Source: Vulcanimicrobiota bacterium (GTDB lineage Bacteria; Vulcanimicrobiota; Xenobia; Xenobiales; JADMJV01). From it: a stretch of DNA of 64,000 nucleotides. Below the pieces are notes generated by a model that had not been told where the DNA came from, did not search any database, and saw only the letters and a program-made list of their open reading frames with translations. Made by a program: the position numbers and the translations under genes. Where the stretch lies: assembly GCA_050250895.1 (NCBI GenBank), contig JBFWNU010000003.1:96001-160000 (forward strand). Reading direction: 5' to 3'. This document shows positions 19,177 to 28,752 of the stretch, in pieces. The first letter of the stretch is position 1, and every line of letters starts with the position of its first letter.

Positions 19177-19815
19177 ATGCGCATAGCCGGCTCACCCCCA
19201 ATTCGTCTGGCCCGCACGAGGACCGAGCCGACTGCTCGGGACGTGCTGCTGCCGCCCTGCCCGGAGAAGCCCGAGGACCTGCCGCTGCTCACGCGCCACG
19301 GCGTGGGCCTCACCGTGGCCGGGACGATGGCCACCTCGATCGGCACCGCGATCGGCGCCTCCTTTGCCGATGGTGGACTGGCTGGCCGGGCGATGGGGCT
19401 CACCTTTGGAGCCATTGCGGGAATGTCGGCCGGGTTCTTCGCGGCCGACCTGACGATGGGTCTGGCCTCGAAGGTCAGCGGGCATCAATTTTCGCCCACG
19501 GCCATCAAGATCGCCAGGGGAGTGGGCATGGCCGGGTGTCTGGCCGCGGGCTGGGCCCTGGCGGGAAAGAGGCTGCCCGACGAGTTCGTGCTCGGGCCAA
19601 TGGTGCCGGGAGTGTTCCTCGGCATGTTCACCGGAATCGGGCTGGCTTTCCGCTACGTCGACCCCATCATCGAGCGACACCGCCAGGCGGTGAGGCAGTA
19701 CGAAGAGGACCTGACCAGCTACAATCGGGCGGTGGCAGAATTGGAGACGGGTGTCGCCCTCAAAGAAACCGACGACTATGTCGAGGTGGGAGACATCACG
19801 CTCGATAAAGCCTAG
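19177..19815 (+). CDS. Membrane protein (about 4 Gly-rich hydrophobic segments) with the shared C-terminal motif
   Basis: MRIAGSPP start; coiled segment; ends LKETDDYVEVGDITLDKA. Confidence 0.8.
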   Translation: MRIAGSPPIRLARTRTEPTARDVLLPPCPEKPEDLPLLTRHGVGLTVAGTMATSIGTAIGASFADGGLAGRAMGLTFGAIAGMSAGFFAADLTMGLASKVSGHQFSPTAIKIARGVGMAGCLAAGWALAGKRLPDEFVLGPMVPGVFLGMFTGIGLAFRYVDPIIERHRQAVRQYEEDLTSYNRAVAELETGVALKETDDYVEVGDITLDKA

Positions 19816-22800
19816 TCTTGCTGGCGCGTGAGCGTGAAGTCGCCTACCGTGACCTGCTCGGCGTCCATCTCGAGCGACAGGTCCTTCTGGTTTTGAACCG
19901 CCTCGAACATCGCGATCACTTCGGTCACCGCTTCCAGTTCGGCTGACAGTGAGCGCCCGCTGGCAACCCGTTCACCGATGGCTTGATAAAGGGAGGCCTG
20001 GTCAGGCGTGCTGACTGCCAGCCAGCCCAGAATGGCCGTGGCCGCCTCGGCGCTCTGGTCGCGGTTGGCAAACCCAAGACCCAGCTTGAGAAATTCGCTA
20101 GGGCGGGTCGGTTGAGCGTCGCTGGCCAGAGCCTGCTCGGCCAGATCCAGCTGACCGGCTTCGGCAAAGCGAGCGGCCAGTTCTCCCGTCCATTTCTTTT
20201 CGGGCGACTGGCTGGCGCTGCGACAGGCCACCGCCATCACCAGGCCGCGGGCCTGATTGTGTTGATAGGCCCGCCGCAGTTGGGCGGCTTCGCGCAGCAC
20301 GCCGTTGTAGAAGTCGCCTGGTTGGGCGTCGGGGTCGGCCACGGCTCGCCGCAACACGATCTCTTCCACGGTGGGGTCGTGCAATTGCTGCCTCAGGGCG
20401 TTGGCCAATCCGGCCAGAGGCTTCTTGCAGTCGGCCAGGATCCGTTCAAGAATGCCCAGAGAAAGCTGGCCCTGCAGCTCTTTGCCGAGCTCTTCGACCG
20501 TGCGGGGTTGCTCGAGCAAGGCGCGGGCGATGAGTCGGCGCTCGCCGGCATCGGTTTCCGGTGTTACGAGCTTTTCGAGGACCGGCAGTTGGGCCGGGGC
20601 GTGCGTGCGCAGCGCCTTTTCGAGCAGAGCGGCTTGCTGGGGACGATAGGTGTAAGAGCGTGACCGTCCCAGGATTTCGTCGTCGGTGGCTAGCGCCGCT
20701 TCGAGGGCCGTGGCCGTGGGGTTGCCCGCTGCCTGGGCCAAGACTGCCGCCGTGGTCAGCTCGTCGCCGCCCTGGGCCAGTTCTAGCACGGCCGGCAAGG
20801 TGGCCTGGTAGGGCGGGTTTTGCGACAGCTCGGTGAGTAGTCCGAGCAAAGCGGGTGTTTCGGCGCCGGGAGCCACCTGCTGGATGAACGCGGCCAGCCG
20901 CTCGGGAGTCGACAGGTCGGGGTTGCGCAGCATCAGCTCCAGAGCCAGCTTGCTCGAGCCCCCCAGGGTGTCTTTGAGTTGCTTGGCCCGGGCCACGGTC
21001 TCGGGATGACTCGGTTGCAGCAGTTCGAGGGCCGACAGATAGACCTTCGAGACCTCCTGGTCGTATTTGTAGGAATAGCGGAACCCTTGAACCTTGCCAC
21101 CGGTGGCCAGGGCCAACTGCTGTGGGGTCTGGGTGGGATGTTCAAAAACGGACTCGTAGATGGCCTTCTGGACCGTTTCGTTGTCGCTGGCCCCGTCCAG
21201 TTGCCTGGCCGCTTGCACCAGCTGACATCCCTTGGCCTCGAGAGCCCCGGCCAGTCGGCGGGTTTTGTCCAGGCTCAACGAGGAGTTGGCGAAGTTGGCG
21301 AAGGCGGCCACCTGCTCGGCGGTGTCAAGCTGGGGCTGGCTGATCAGGCGCTCGAGCAGTGAGGGGGTCACCTCCGTTTCGAGCAAGTCGGCCATGGCCA
21401 CCGCCTGACCGTAGGTTTGAGTGGGAGCCTGAGTCAGGGCCTCTCGCATCACCGCACTCACCGCCGGGTCATACTTGTAGGAATAGCGAAGTTGAGACAG
21501 GCTGCGTCGCACGCGGCCGGCCAGTTCGAGGGCATCGGCGGTGGGGGCGAGCAGGGCGTTCTCGCGGATCGCTCCGGCCACCGTATTGTCGGCGGCGACC
21601 TGGATGTATCTGTCGGCAACCTCCAGGGTGGGGCGGTGGACCGTATCTTGCCGGAGCAATTCGATCATCCCCAGCCGAGCTCTGTCGTAGGATGTGCTGT
21701 TGACCACGGTGCGGGCCAACTCGCGCCGGCCCTCGGGGCTGTCGGGCACCGGCTGTTTCAGCAGATGCTTGACCAGCGGTAGCTCGTTGCTGGGTTCGGC
21801 CGGGTCGCCCAGGGCTTGGAGCAAGGTCAGGTTGTAAGCGAAGCCAGGCTCGTTCTGGCGGGCTTGCAGGCAGTCGCGCAGAATCTTTGCCACCTCGGGA
21901 TCGTGCCTGTAGGCGTAACGCCAGCCTGACACTTCCTCGGCCGTTTTCGTGCCCAGCTCGGTCCTGGACAGTTTGGGATGGGCGAAAGCCTGGTTGTAGA
22001 CGGCCCGGGCGATGCCCGGCGCGGTGGCGGCCAGTTGGCGGGCCTCGGTCATGGTCTGGTTGTAGTCGGGGTTGCGTCCCAGAATGCCGGCTAACCGTTC
22101 GGCTAGATCGACCTGTGAGCTGTGCGAGGTCAACTGCCGGGCGATGTTCAGCCAGTCTACCTTCGGGTCGCCCAGGAGCATGCGGTGGAAGACCACTCGG
22201 GTCGAATCATCGAGAAGGCCCTCGAGCTCGGCAATCGGTCCGTCGCGTCCCTCGAGTTCGAGAGCCGATTTCAGCAGGCGAGCACGGGAAGGGTCGTGCT
22301 GGTAGGCGTGGCGCATCTGGCCGACCTCCGACTCTGCCTTTTGGGCCAGAACGCCGGGGGAGGCCTCGGGGTTTTTGAGCGCCTGGCGGGTTAGCGCCAG
22401 CCGGGTCGTGGCATCGCAATCCTTACTCAGACTGGCCACCCTTTGGGGCAGCTCGGCCAGGCCGGCCCTGGCGGCGACTCCTTCAAGAATACGGTCGGCG
22501 TTGCTCTGGGTGACCGAGTCGGCCAGCTCTCGAGCCAGGCTTAGATAACCTTTGGGCGTGTCGGGACGGTCCGTCTGCAGTAGCTGCTTATAGACGGTCA
22601 GCCGTTCAGCCGAGTCGCTGGCCGGGTCAAGCCATCGGGCTACCTCGGCGCTCAGGCCGCCGGTGAGGTTGCAGGCCGTTTCGAGCAGTTCGGCGCGGGC
22701 ATCGATCCATTGATAGGCGTGGCGCAACCCCTGCATCGCTTCTTCGGTGCGCATGGCCTGATGGCGAGGCTCGGCCGTGGGATAGCGCCGCAGGGCGGCG

Positions 22801-24023
22801 GCCAGTTTTTCGCGCAGAGTGGCATCTTTTGCCACCTCGAAGAACTTCTCGAGGTGGGGCCCGCCGCTGGCCATCAAGGCCGAACAGGTCATCTTGACCG
22901 CGTCCTCGCCACGCAACCCGTCAGCCAACTCGAGCGCCTTGTCGGGGGCGGCCAGTTCGGGCTTTTCCAGCAGCAGAGCGGCCATCGTGACTTTGCCTTC
23001 AGGGCTCAGTTTGGCAGCGTTGTAGAGCTGGCAGGCCTGCTCGTAGGTGGCTTCGTTAGCCAAACTTTGCATGGCGCGGTCGGCAATTTTCTGGTAGGCC
23101 GCGCTTCCGTCTCCGGCGCGCAGGGCTCGCGCCACTACCCCGGCTTTAGCCTCGGGCGAAGAATGGCTGCGGGCCACCAGGGCCTCGTTGAGTAACTGGG
23201 TCCGAGCGCGTTCCCCGTCGAGTCCCTCGACCAGATGGGTGGCGAATCCGGCCATGGGTGCGTAGCTGGGATGGACAGCCAGCACAGGCACCACCTCGGG
23301 TGAGGCCTTCCCGTCTAGAGTGCCTTTGTCCAGCGCGAAAGCCTGTTGGGCCAACTCGAGCGAGCCTGCCTCACGAAGTCTTGCAAACGTCTGCAGATCG
23401 TCCGCCTGGAAGTCGCTGGCCCTGGCCAAAAGCCAGGGCTCGTCCTGGTGGCCGATCCAGCTCTTCGCCTGGCCGTGATTGGCCAGCACGTAGGCGCCCA
23501 CCGGCTGTTTGTTCTCTTCAAAAAAGCTGTATCCGCCGTTCTCGAGGCCGGCCAGGGGGTGGCTGCCCGCATAGAAGGCATCCACTCGCTGCAACTGCTC
23601 GGGGCTCGAGATGGCCAGCAGCGTGCCACGGCGGGCCAGGGTCAACTCGCTCAGGCCGTGGGCCGCATCGGTCAGCGTGTTGTAGGCCCCGTAGAGACCC
23701 ACTTCTACCTGTTGGCCCTCGAAGGTGGCCAGGAAGCGAAATTCTCGCGAGGCCAGATCGTGCAGTTGACTGGCCAGGCTTTTGTGGCTGGAGTTGCCGG
23801 CCAGGTCCTTGACTTCGCCCAGATCTTCCGGACTGCGCAGGGGTAGACGCACAGCGGCGTCGGCCGGTTGCACGCGCAGGCGGTCGGTCTGGGGATGTGA
23901 GCCGAGATACTCCTCGACCTGGGAGGGGGTGACTTCCTTATAGGCATCCATCAGCAAGGGCACGTAGAAGCGCCGCTTCTGGAAGTAGTGAACCTGTCCC
24001 GGCCCGTCTGGGTTGATCCTCAC
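19812..24023 (-). CDS. 1403-aa alpha-helical repeat protein, paralog 1, with the shared C-terminal motif
   Basis: Long ORF collinear with 28749..32942; seven repeats of about 135 aa; ends LEMDAEQVTVGDFTLTRQQD. Confidence 0.9.
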   Translation of the reverse strand: MRINPDGPGQVHYFQKRRFYVPLLMDAYKEVTPSQVEEYLGSHPQTDRLRVQPADAAVRLPLRSPEDLGEVKDLAGNSSHKSLASQLHDLASREFRFLATFEGQQVEVGLYGAYNTLTDAAHGLSELTLARRGTLLAISSPEQLQRVDAFYAGSHPLAGLENGGYSFFEENKQPVGAYVLANHGQAKSWIGHQDEPWLLARASDFQADDLQTFARLREAGSLELAQQAFALDKGTLDGKASPEVVPVLAVHPSYAPMAGFATHLVEGLDGERARTQLLNEALVARSHSSPEAKAGVVARALRAGDGSAAYQKIADRAMQSLANEATYEQACQLYNAAKLSPEGKVTMAALLLEKPELAAPDKALELADGLRGEDAVKMTCSALMASGGPHLEKFFEVAKDATLREKLAAALRRYPTAEPRHQAMRTEEAMQGLRHAYQWIDARAELLETACNLTGGLSAEVARWLDPASDSAERLTVYKQLLQTDRPDTPKGYLSLARELADSVTQSNADRILEGVAARAGLAELPQRVASLSKDCDATTRLALTRQALKNPEASPGVLAQKAESEVGQMRHAYQHDPSRARLLKSALELEGRDGPIAELEGLLDDSTRVVFHRMLLGDPKVDWLNIARQLTSHSSQVDLAERLAGILGRNPDYNQTMTEARQLAATAPGIARAVYNQAFAHPKLSRTELGTKTAEEVSGWRYAYRHDPEVAKILRDCLQARQNEPGFAYNLTLLQALGDPAEPSNELPLVKHLLKQPVPDSPEGRRELARTVVNSTSYDRARLGMIELLRQDTVHRPTLEVADRYIQVAADNTVAGAIRENALLAPTADALELAGRVRRSLSQLRYSYKYDPAVSAVMREALTQAPTQTYGQAVAMADLLETEVTPSLLERLISQPQLDTAEQVAAFANFANSSLSLDKTRRLAGALEAKGCQLVQAARQLDGASDNETVQKAIYESVFEHPTQTPQQLALATGGKVQGFRYSYKYDQEVSKVYLSALELLQPSHPETVARAKQLKDTLGGSSKLALELMLRNPDLSTPERLAAFIQQVAPGAETPALLGLLTELSQNPPYQATLPAVLELAQGGDELTTAAVLAQAAGNPTATALEAALATDDEILGRSRSYTYRPQQAALLEKALRTHAPAQLPVLEKLVTPETDAGERRLIARALLEQPRTVEELGKELQGQLSLGILERILADCKKPLAGLANALRQQLHDPTVEEIVLRRAVADPDAQPGDFYNGVLREAAQLRRAYQHNQARGLVMAVACRSASQSPEKKWTGELAARFAEAGQLDLAEQALASDAQPTRPSEFLKLGLGFANRDQSAEAATAILGWLAVSTPDQASLYQAIGERVASGRSLSAELEAVTEVIAMFEAVQNQKDLSLEMDAEQVTVGDFTLTRQQD

Positions 24024-24051
24024 CAGTCTAACCTAGACCAGGCGACTGAAA
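24024..24051 (-). promoter_or_regulatory. TTTCAG-N10-TAGGTT-N6-GTG element
   Basis: Recurrent motif with identical spacing. Confidence 0.65.
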
Positions 24052-24062
24052 ATGTCATGAAC

Positions 24063-24086
24063 GAAAAAGGCTCCCCTGAGGGAGCC
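24063..24086 (-). terminator. Intrinsic terminator of 24112..24564
   Basis: ggctccc/gggagcc stem followed by a T run on the minus strand. Confidence 0.7.
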
Positions 24087-24111
24087 CTTGCCTTGTCGAC
24101 GCGGTTTTGCG

Positions 24112-24564
24112 CTAGGCGTCGGGGGTCTGGCCGGCCACGAGGTAACCGTCAAATTTGTTTTCACCGGCGGGGGTCATGACCGCTCCGCGAATCTCGATGG
24201 TGTCGCCGTGGTCGAGCAGGGCGAAGCTCTGCAGGCCTTTCTCGTCGGCGTTTACATAGATGGCGGCTTCTTCATTGGTGGGGGTCTTACCGTAGATGAC
24301 GGCTTCCATCTGTTGCTTGCCTTTGATCTCGAACTCGCAGGCCATGGGACCCTGCACCACTTTGCCGGGTTGGCCCATGGCCTGATCCTGGCCTTCGACT
24401 TCGTCCATCTGAGCCAACATGGCAGCGGCGAAAACGCTCTTGCCGGCTTCTTGCTGACCCTCTTCGGTCAGAGCCTGACGCTCGACGCCTTGGGGGAGTT
24501 CTCCCTGACGTAGCCGATTAACCGGCCCCTGAGCGAACTTGGGTAGTGAGTTGATAACACTCAT
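24112..24564 (-). CDS. Hypothetical protein
   Basis: AGGAGG RBS, good codon bias, own terminator. Confidence 0.75.
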   Translation of the reverse strand: MSVINSLPKFAQGPVNRLRQGELPQGVERQALTEEGQQEAGKSVFAAAMLAQMDEVEGQDQAMGQPGKVVQGPMACEFEIKGKQQMEAVIYGKTPTNEEAAIYVNADEKGLQSFALLDHGDTIEIRGAVMTPAGENKFDGYLVAGQTPDA

Positions 24565-24719
24565 AATATGTGAATCCTCCTGAGATTGCTACCAGCAAGC
24601 TACCAATCTCGGCCGGGATGGGGTGTGAACACAGTGTTACTCTTTTCGAAGGCAGTCGGGCTGACGCTGATCATCGCCGTTACCCGATCGCCCTGCTAAC
24701 CTCTGTCCAGGAGGCGGCG

Positions 24720-27419
24720 ATGAGCGTTCATCGATGTTCGCTTGCAGAGTTGTTCGAGCAGCTCGGGACAAGCCACCACGGGCTGGACCCGGTCGAGGCG
24801 GCGGCACGCCTTCAGCGAGATGGACCCAATCGCATCTCAGAGCGGCGTCCCAGGCCTCTGGTGGTGCGGCTGGGCCGGCATCTGGTCAACCCCTTCGCAC
24901 TCTTGCTCTGGGTGGGGGCCGGGCTGGCCTTTCTGGCCGATTCGTTCCAGCCCGGTGAGGGCATGGCCAGTATTGCTCGGGCTCTGGTAGCGGTGGTGCT
25001 GATTAACGCCGGTTTCACTTTCTGGCAAGAGTCCAAAGCCGAGCACGCGATGGCTGCCTTTCGGCGAATGCTGAGTCCCCGGGCCAGGGTGATGCGAGGC
25101 GCGGAGGAGGTCGAGATCGAGGCTGCCGCCATCGTGGCCGGGGATATCCTCATCCTGCGCGAGGGCGACGGCGTGCCGGCCGACGGCCGGTTGTTCGAGG
25201 TCCATGCCCTCAAAGTGAACAACGCCAGTCTGACCGGTGAGAGCGAGCCTCAATTGCGCAGCTTGCACTCTGAAGCGGCTCAGCTGGTGGACGCCCGCAA
25301 CCTGGTCTTCTCGGGAACCCTGGTCAGCGCGGGCAGCGGCCGCGCCGTGGTATTCGCCACCGGTGACCGCAGCCAGTTGGGACAGATCGCTGTCCAGACC
25401 TTGCAGACCCGACCTGGTAGTTCGCCGATGCAGCGCGAGATCGAGCACTTCATCCGGGTCATTTCTTGCATCGCTGTGTCGCTCGGAGTCCTCTTCTTTG
25501 GTTTAGGTTGGCTGCTGGGCAACCCCTTCTGGAGCAATCTCATCTTCGCCATCGGCATCATCGTGGCCAATGTTCCGGAGGGGCTCTTGCCCACCGTCAC
25601 CCTGGCTTTGAGCCTGGCGGCCGTGCGCATGGCCCGGCGCCAGGCGCTGGTCAAGTCGTTGCAATCTGTGGAAACCCTGGGCCGCACCACGGTCATCTGC
25701 ACCGACAAGACAGGAACGCTCACCAGCAACACGATGCGGGTCGACCAGTGTTTTCTGGGATTACAGGACTATCCAAGCGGCCAGGCCCCGCCAGCACACC
25801 TGGGCCAGTGGCTGACGGCCGTCTCGGTGTTGTGCAGCAACGCCGGCCTGAGCCGCTCAGGGGACCAGTTGCGGCTCACCGGTGACCCCACCGAGACGGC
25901 GCTGCTGCTGATGGCCGAAGAGCTGGGCACTGGCTGCAGCTGGCTGCGCCAGGAGTGGCCGCGCCTGCTCGAGCTTCCCTTCAGCAGCGAGACCCGCTGC
26001 ATGACCACCGTCCATCAGCACGGCGCCGACCGGGTGGCTTACCTCAAGGGCGCTCCCGAGGTAATCCTTGAGCGTTGTGACCAGATCTTGTTGGCCGAGG
26101 CTACCTCGCTCGAGGGCGACCACCGCCAACGTCTCACCGAGCAAAGTCGCCTTTATGCCCTCAGCGGCCGTCGGGTTCTGGCTCTAGCTTATCGCCGGCT
26201 CGAGGCCGGACTTGATGCCGAAGAAGAAGTGGAGCGTCCCTTCACTCTGGTGGGGTTGGTGGCGCTCTACGACCCACCCCGGCCCGAGGTGCCAGCCGCT
26301 GTCAGGGACTGTCGTCGGGCCGGAATTCGGGTGGCGGTCATCAGCGGCGACCATCCGCTCACGGTCGAGTCGGTGGCCCGGGAGGTGGGAATCGTCACCA
26401 GTGACCAGAGAGTCTTGCTGACCGGGGCCGAGATGGCCGCTTTGAGCGATCAGCGATTGTCTGATCTCCTGCGCCTTCCCGAGGTGGTGCTGGCCCGAAC
26501 CAGTCCCCAGGACAAGTTGCGAGTGGTGGAGTTGTTGCAGGCCGCCGGCGAAGTGGTGGCCGTGACCGGAGACGGAGTCAACGATGCTCCTGCGCTCAAG
26601 CGTGCCGACATCGGCGTGGCCATGGGCCTGACCGGGACCGAAGTCGCCCGCGAGGCAGCCGACGTGGTGCTAGCCGATGATAACTTCAGCACGATCGTGT
26701 GCGCCGTGCGGGAGGGGCGGGTGATCTACGGCAATATTCGCAAGTTCATCGCCTACGTTCTGACCAGTAACATCCCCGAGATCCTCCCTTACATCGCCTT
26801 TGTCTTGCTGGCCATTCCCCTGCCCTTGACCGTCATTTTGATCCTGGCCATCGACCTGGGCACCGACATGCTGCCGGCCCTGGGGCTGGCCGCCGAAACG
26901 CCCGAGGATGACGTGATGGAGCAGCCTCCTATCGACCCCGCCCAACGCTTGCTTTCCCCTCGGCTGTTGCTGCTCAGCTACGGCGTGTACGGACCGATCC
27001 AGGCGGCCGCGGGATTCGCCGCCTACTTCTGGTTGCTGCATCAGGGGGGGTGGTGGTGGGGCCGGGCTCTGCCACCGTCAGACCCGCTCTATCGGCAGGC
27101 CATCGGAGCCTTCTTTCTGGCCATCGTGCTCAGCCAGGTGGCCAACGTGATGGCCTGTCGCACTCGCCGTCAGAGTGTCTTTTCGAAAGGGCTGCTCACG
27201 AATCGCCTGGTGCTGGCGGGAGTGGCCCTCGAGTTGGCGATGGTTGGCTTCATCCTTTACACGCCGGCGGGCAACGCACTTTTTGGGACCGCCGGCGTGC
27301 CGGTCGTGGCCTGGCTGGTCCCCCTGCCCTTCGCTGGCTTGCTGCTGCTTTTAGAAGAGACTCGCAAGGCCCTTCGCCGGCGCAACAGCCGCTGGGTCGA
27401 GCGCTGGCTTACCTGGTAG
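24720..27419 (+). CDS. Cation-transporting P-type ATPase, type IIC (Na/K-ATPase-like)
   Basis: TGES, IIVANVPEGL, DKTGTLT, KGAPE, TGDGVNDAPALK, TSNIPEI and IDLGTDM motifs; start at ATG 24720 after AGGAGG. Confidence 0.95.
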   Translation: MSVHRCSLAELFEQLGTSHHGLDPVEAAARLQRDGPNRISERRPRPLVVRLGRHLVNPFALLLWVGAGLAFLADSFQPGEGMASIARALVAVVLINAGFTFWQESKAEHAMAAFRRMLSPRARVMRGAEEVEIEAAAIVAGDILILREGDGVPADGRLFEVHALKVNNASLTGESEPQLRSLHSEAAQLVDARNLVFSGTLVSAGSGRAVVFATGDRSQLGQIAVQTLQTRPGSSPMQREIEHFIRVISCIAVSLGVLFFGLGWLLGNPFWSNLIFAIGIIVANVPEGLLPTVTLALSLAAVRMARRQALVKSLQSVETLGRTTVICTDKTGTLTSNTMRVDQCFLGLQDYPSGQAPPAHLGQWLTAVSVLCSNAGLSRSGDQLRLTGDPTETALLLMAEELGTGCSWLRQEWPRLLELPFSSETRCMTTVHQHGADRVAYLKGAPEVILERCDQILLAEATSLEGDHRQRLTEQSRLYALSGRRVLALAYRRLEAGLDAEEEVERPFTLVGLVALYDPPRPEVPAAVRDCRRAGIRVAVISGDHPLTVESVAREVGIVTSDQRVLLTGAEMAALSDQRLSDLLRLPEVVLARTSPQDKLRVVELLQAAGEVVAVTGDGVNDAPALKRADIGVAMGLTGTEVAREAADVVLADDNFSTIVCAVREGRVIYGNIRKFIAYVLTSNIPEILPYIAFVLLAIPLPLTVILILAIDLGTDMLPALGLAAETPEDDVMEQPPIDPAQRLLSPRLLLLSYGVYGPIQAAAGFAAYFWLLHQGGWWWGRALPPSDPLYRQAIGAFFLAIVLSQVANVMACRTRRQSVFSKGLLTNRLVLAGVALELAMVGFILYTPAGNALFGTAGVPVVAWLVPLPFAGLLLLLEETRKALRRRNSRWVERWLTW

Positions 27420-27460
27420 TTCGGCTTGGCGTGAACGGGGCGTAGCTCTTTTCGAAGCGT

Positions 27461-27489
27461 TTTCAGGGCCTGGTGTTAGGCTCGGCTTG
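27461..27489 (+). promoter_or_regulatory. TTTCAG-N10-TAGGCT-N7-ATG element
   Basis: Recurrent motif. Confidence 0.65.
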
Positions 27490-28752
27490 ATGAGGATTGA
27501 CTCCCAGATAGGTCTCCCCCGGTCGGTTGCCAGGCCCGCGGTCGCTGCTACCGGGCCGATCGACACGGTCGAACTCGGTCGCGAAACTCCGGTCAAACTC
27601 ACGCGTGCGGCCGTGGCCGCCCTGGTCGGCCAGACCTCAAAGGAACTCAAGCCTCTCTGGAACCGCGAAATCTCAGACGTGGTGGGGCCAGACTATCCCG
27701 AAATTCAGGGCGCACCGGTGATTGCAACCGATGGCAAGCGGGCCTTCTTCGCCAGCCAGCACGCTTTGCTCGCGCTTGACTCCAAGACCGGCGCGACCGG
27801 TTGGAGCTTCGACGCCGACGGCAAAGGCATCGCCAGCCGTCCGCTGGTGCACGGTGATCAGGTTCTGGTGTCGGCCCTCGATGGCAGAGTCTATGCTCTG
27901 GATTCGGTTTCCGGCACTCCGGCCTGGAGTGCCCCTTGCGACCATCCCGCAGGCTTGCAACTGGGGGCCGACGGTTCCATCGTGGTGGGGGTCAAGAATG
28001 GCCAACTGGGACTCGACCCCACCACGGGCGAGCAACTGTGGTCCTCTCCGGTTCCTTTTGGCGACTCGGCGGTCGGACTGAATAACCAGATCGTTCGCGC
28101 CGGCGACCAGGTCCGGGCCGCGGTGGCCTATGACCGCGACAGCGGCGAAGAGCAGTGGCGTTTTTCTCAGGGCGGCCTGATCCGTCATCGGCCCACGGTG
28201 GGTCCCGACGGAACGGTCTATGTGGGCGATACCGACGGCAAGTTTTTTGCTCTTGACCCGGCCACCGGCCAGCCTCGCTGGATTCACCAGACCGAGGGCT
28301 ACGTGTTGGAGCCGTCGACGGTATCGGCCGACGGTCAGACTGTCTACGTGGGCAGCAGCGATCAACACCTCTATGCCCTGGATACGGCTACCGGCGACCC
28401 CCGCTGGAAATGCAAGGTCGAGGGCGAGGTGCGCATGCAGCCCAACCTGTCGGGCCAGGGCACGGTGGTGCTGGCCAGCGATAAGAACAAGATTTACGTG
28501 GTCGACGAGGCCACCGGTTCGCCCCTGGCCTCGGCCCCGGCCGCCAGTTACGTGCATGTGGCCCCGGCGGCTGGCGGTGATAGCCTGGTGCTGCAGGCCA
28601 ACAACCACACCCTCTACGGCTTTGGTTCGCCTACCGGGCTGCGCTCGCAACTGAGCCAGGCGATGCAGCAGGCAGACGCTCCCACGATGCGCTTGACCAG
28701 CGACGCCGAGGCCGTTCACATCGGCGAAGTCGACGTGCCCATCCAGCCTTAG
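27490..28752 (+). CDS. PQQ-like (BamB-type) beta-propeller protein with the shared C-terminal motif
   Basis: VYVGSSDQHLYALDTATGDPRW-type blades; no signal peptide or lipobox; ends LTSDAEAVHIGEVDVPIQP. Confidence 0.88.
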   Translation: MRIDSQIGLPRSVARPAVAATGPIDTVELGRETPVKLTRAAVAALVGQTSKELKPLWNREISDVVGPDYPEIQGAPVIATDGKRAFFASQHALLALDSKTGATGWSFDADGKGIASRPLVHGDQVLVSALDGRVYALDSVSGTPAWSAPCDHPAGLQLGADGSIVVGVKNGQLGLDPTTGEQLWSSPVPFGDSAVGLNNQIVRAGDQVRAAVAYDRDSGEEQWRFSQGGLIRHRPTVGPDGTVYVGDTDGKFFALDPATGQPRWIHQTEGYVLEPSTVSADGQTVYVGSSDQHLYALDTATGDPRWKCKVEGEVRMQPNLSGQGTVVLASDKNKIYVVDEATGSPLASAPAASYVHVAPAAGGDSLVLQANNHTLYGFGSPTGLRSQLSQAMQQADAPTMRLTSDAEAVHIGEVDVPIQP

